A stretch of DNA of 63,139 bases, counting the filler, from Octopus bimaculoides (taxonomy: Eukaryota): NCBI RefSeq assembly GCF_001194135.2. It is 7 parts of 6 records of this genome, joined end to end, with 100 filler letters (N's around TTAATTAATTAA, not from the genome) between each part and the next. Parts side by side here need not be neighbours in the genome. Positions count along the whole stretch, not along the records: positions 60,713 to 63,139 come from NC_068995.1; 6 more parts are not named here. One strand, 5' to 3'. The notes beneath the pieces were generated by a model. It did no database searches. It was not told where the DNA came from and was given only the letters and a program-made list of their open reading frames with translations. Of this stretch, positions 61,531 to 63,139 are shown one piece after another (positions within the stretch are counted from its first letter, which is position 1; every line of letters starts with the position of its first letter). A program made the translations under genes and the position numbers.

Positions 61531-61999
61531 GTAGTGGTGGTCATAGTGACGATGCTGGTGATGACGATGGTGATGACGCTGATGATAATGATGATAGTGA
61601 TGATGCTGATGAGGAGGAGGAGGNNNNNNNNNNNNNNNNNNNNNNNNNNNNNNNNNNNNNNNNNNNNNNNNNNNNNNNNNNNNNNNNNNNNNNNNNNNNN
61701 NNNNNNNNNNNNNNNNNNNNNNNNNNNNNNNNNNNNNNNNNNNNNNNNNNNNNNNNNNNNNNNNNNNNNNNNNNNNNNNNNNNNNNNNNNNNNNNNNNNN
61801 NNNNNNNNNNNNNNNNNNNNNNNNNNNNNNNNNNNNNNNNNNNNNNNNNNNNNNNNNNNNNNNNNNNNNNNNNNNNNNNNNNNNNNNNNNNNNNNNNNNN
61901 NNNNNNNNNNNNNNNNNNNNNNNNNNNNNNNNNNNNNNNNNNGGTGGTGGTTTTGGTGAGGTTTATAATAATAATAATAGCAATAATAACAATGATAAC

Positions 62000-62053
<54 letters not shown>

Positions 62054-62724
62054 CAATATTTGATCTGGCACATTTTAGTCGTCGTGTCAGTTCTTGATCT
62101 TTTATGTCTATTAGTCTTCACTAACCTATTTACTGACAATGTGGTTAGGTCAACGCCACACCATATTCATTTATTTCTCTCTCCTTCTTCTTCTTCTTTC
62201 TCCTCTTTTTCTTTCTTTCTTCCCCCCCCCCCACTTCCTCTTCTTCTTAAGTTCACAGACGAGCAACGTTCGAATCTGAAACAAGGGTTTTTAATCATTA
62301 GTTTATATGGAGAGAAACCAATAGTTCATCTCAAGCAGTTTGATATCTGTGTGCCATTTTTTGGAGCTGTTGATCTACGTATATTTATTGGTCATCGGTA
62401 TTTATGTAATAGCCATGGACGCATCATAGCCGAGTGGTTAAGACACTTGCTTACCGACAACGAGATCCCGGGCTTGAGCCCTATTTATGTAAACTTGAGC
62501 AAGTCGTCTCTTCAAGCACAACATCAGATCTACCCAACTCTTGTGAAAGAAATAAGATGGGTGGAAACTGTGAGGAAGCCCTTCGGGTAGATAGTATCGA
62601 AGTTTAATGCACCCTCTTTGTCAATCTTCTGTCACACTCGTTCTCCTTGGCACTTATGTTAATGTCTCTTTTGTCTGTAGAATACTCGGCCATTTCACAC
62701 ATCATTTCAATTCAGTAAATCGTT

Positions 62725-63030
62725 CGTAAAGGCACGTAGCTTGGTGTTCGGGGTATTCGGATCGTGATCGTGATCGTAATGTCGAGAGTTCGATCCCCGG
62801 CGGCGCGTTGTGTCCTTGAGTAAGACACTTTTATTTCACGTTGCCCCAGTCCACTCAGCTGGCAAATATGAGTAGCACCTGTGTCGCGCAGAATCTCCCT
62901 CAGAACTACGATAAGGATATGCAAGTCTGTGCCGCGCTCGGCTAGTTGCACGTTAATTTCACGAGCAGGCTGTTCCGTTGATCGGATCAACTGGTGCACT
63001 CGTCGTCGTAACCGACGGAGATCCAGTTAA
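62725..63030 (+). mobile_element. tRNA-derived SINE family C, CpG-rich young copy
   Basis: GAGTTCGATCCCC B-box, TGTGTCCTTGAGTAAGACACTTT core; body shared with 45593-45920. Confidence 0.8.
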
Positions 63031-63139
63031 CCTAAGGTGCCACACAGTGGATCTGAACCCGACACCATGTGTTTGGGAAGCAAGCTTCTTACCACACAGC
63101 CACGCTTAGTAATCACGCCAAGATCGATAATTGATCTCT

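Overview
AT-rich eukaryotic genomic DNA, packed with microsatellites, tRNA-derived SINEs and LINE remnants. The repeat families and style suggest a cephalopod, probably Octopus (inference). Six identical 100-bp spacers (44N-TTAATTAATTAA-44N) split the window into seven assembly blocks whose relative order and orientation are not guaranteed. Two spliced gene fragments can be rebuilt by hand. (1) Five minus-strand exons (18744 to 10378) splice in frame into the N-terminal region of CFAP54, a ciliary central-pair protein. (2) Four plus-strand exons (45258 to 51510) encode part of the first YWTD beta-propeller/EGF region of LRP2/megalin. Mobile DNA includes RTE, CR1/L2-group, R4/Dong-like and CRE-like non-LTR elements, mariner and DD37D/maT transposase remnants, a Helentron-type HINE, MITEs, Penelope-type minimal hammerhead motifs and at least four SINE families. 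The most unusual observations are a 13-unit 37-bp array of AGGTCA-N10-TGACCY inverted nuclear-receptor half-sites, a perfect RFX X-box next to a candidate first exon, degenerate hammerhead cores, and inverted SINE pairs flanking exons. No rRNA, genuine tRNA or CRISPR array is supported. Homology calls come from manual translation and remembered protein motifs, not from database searches. I do not see convincing evidence for a wholly new multi-gene system.
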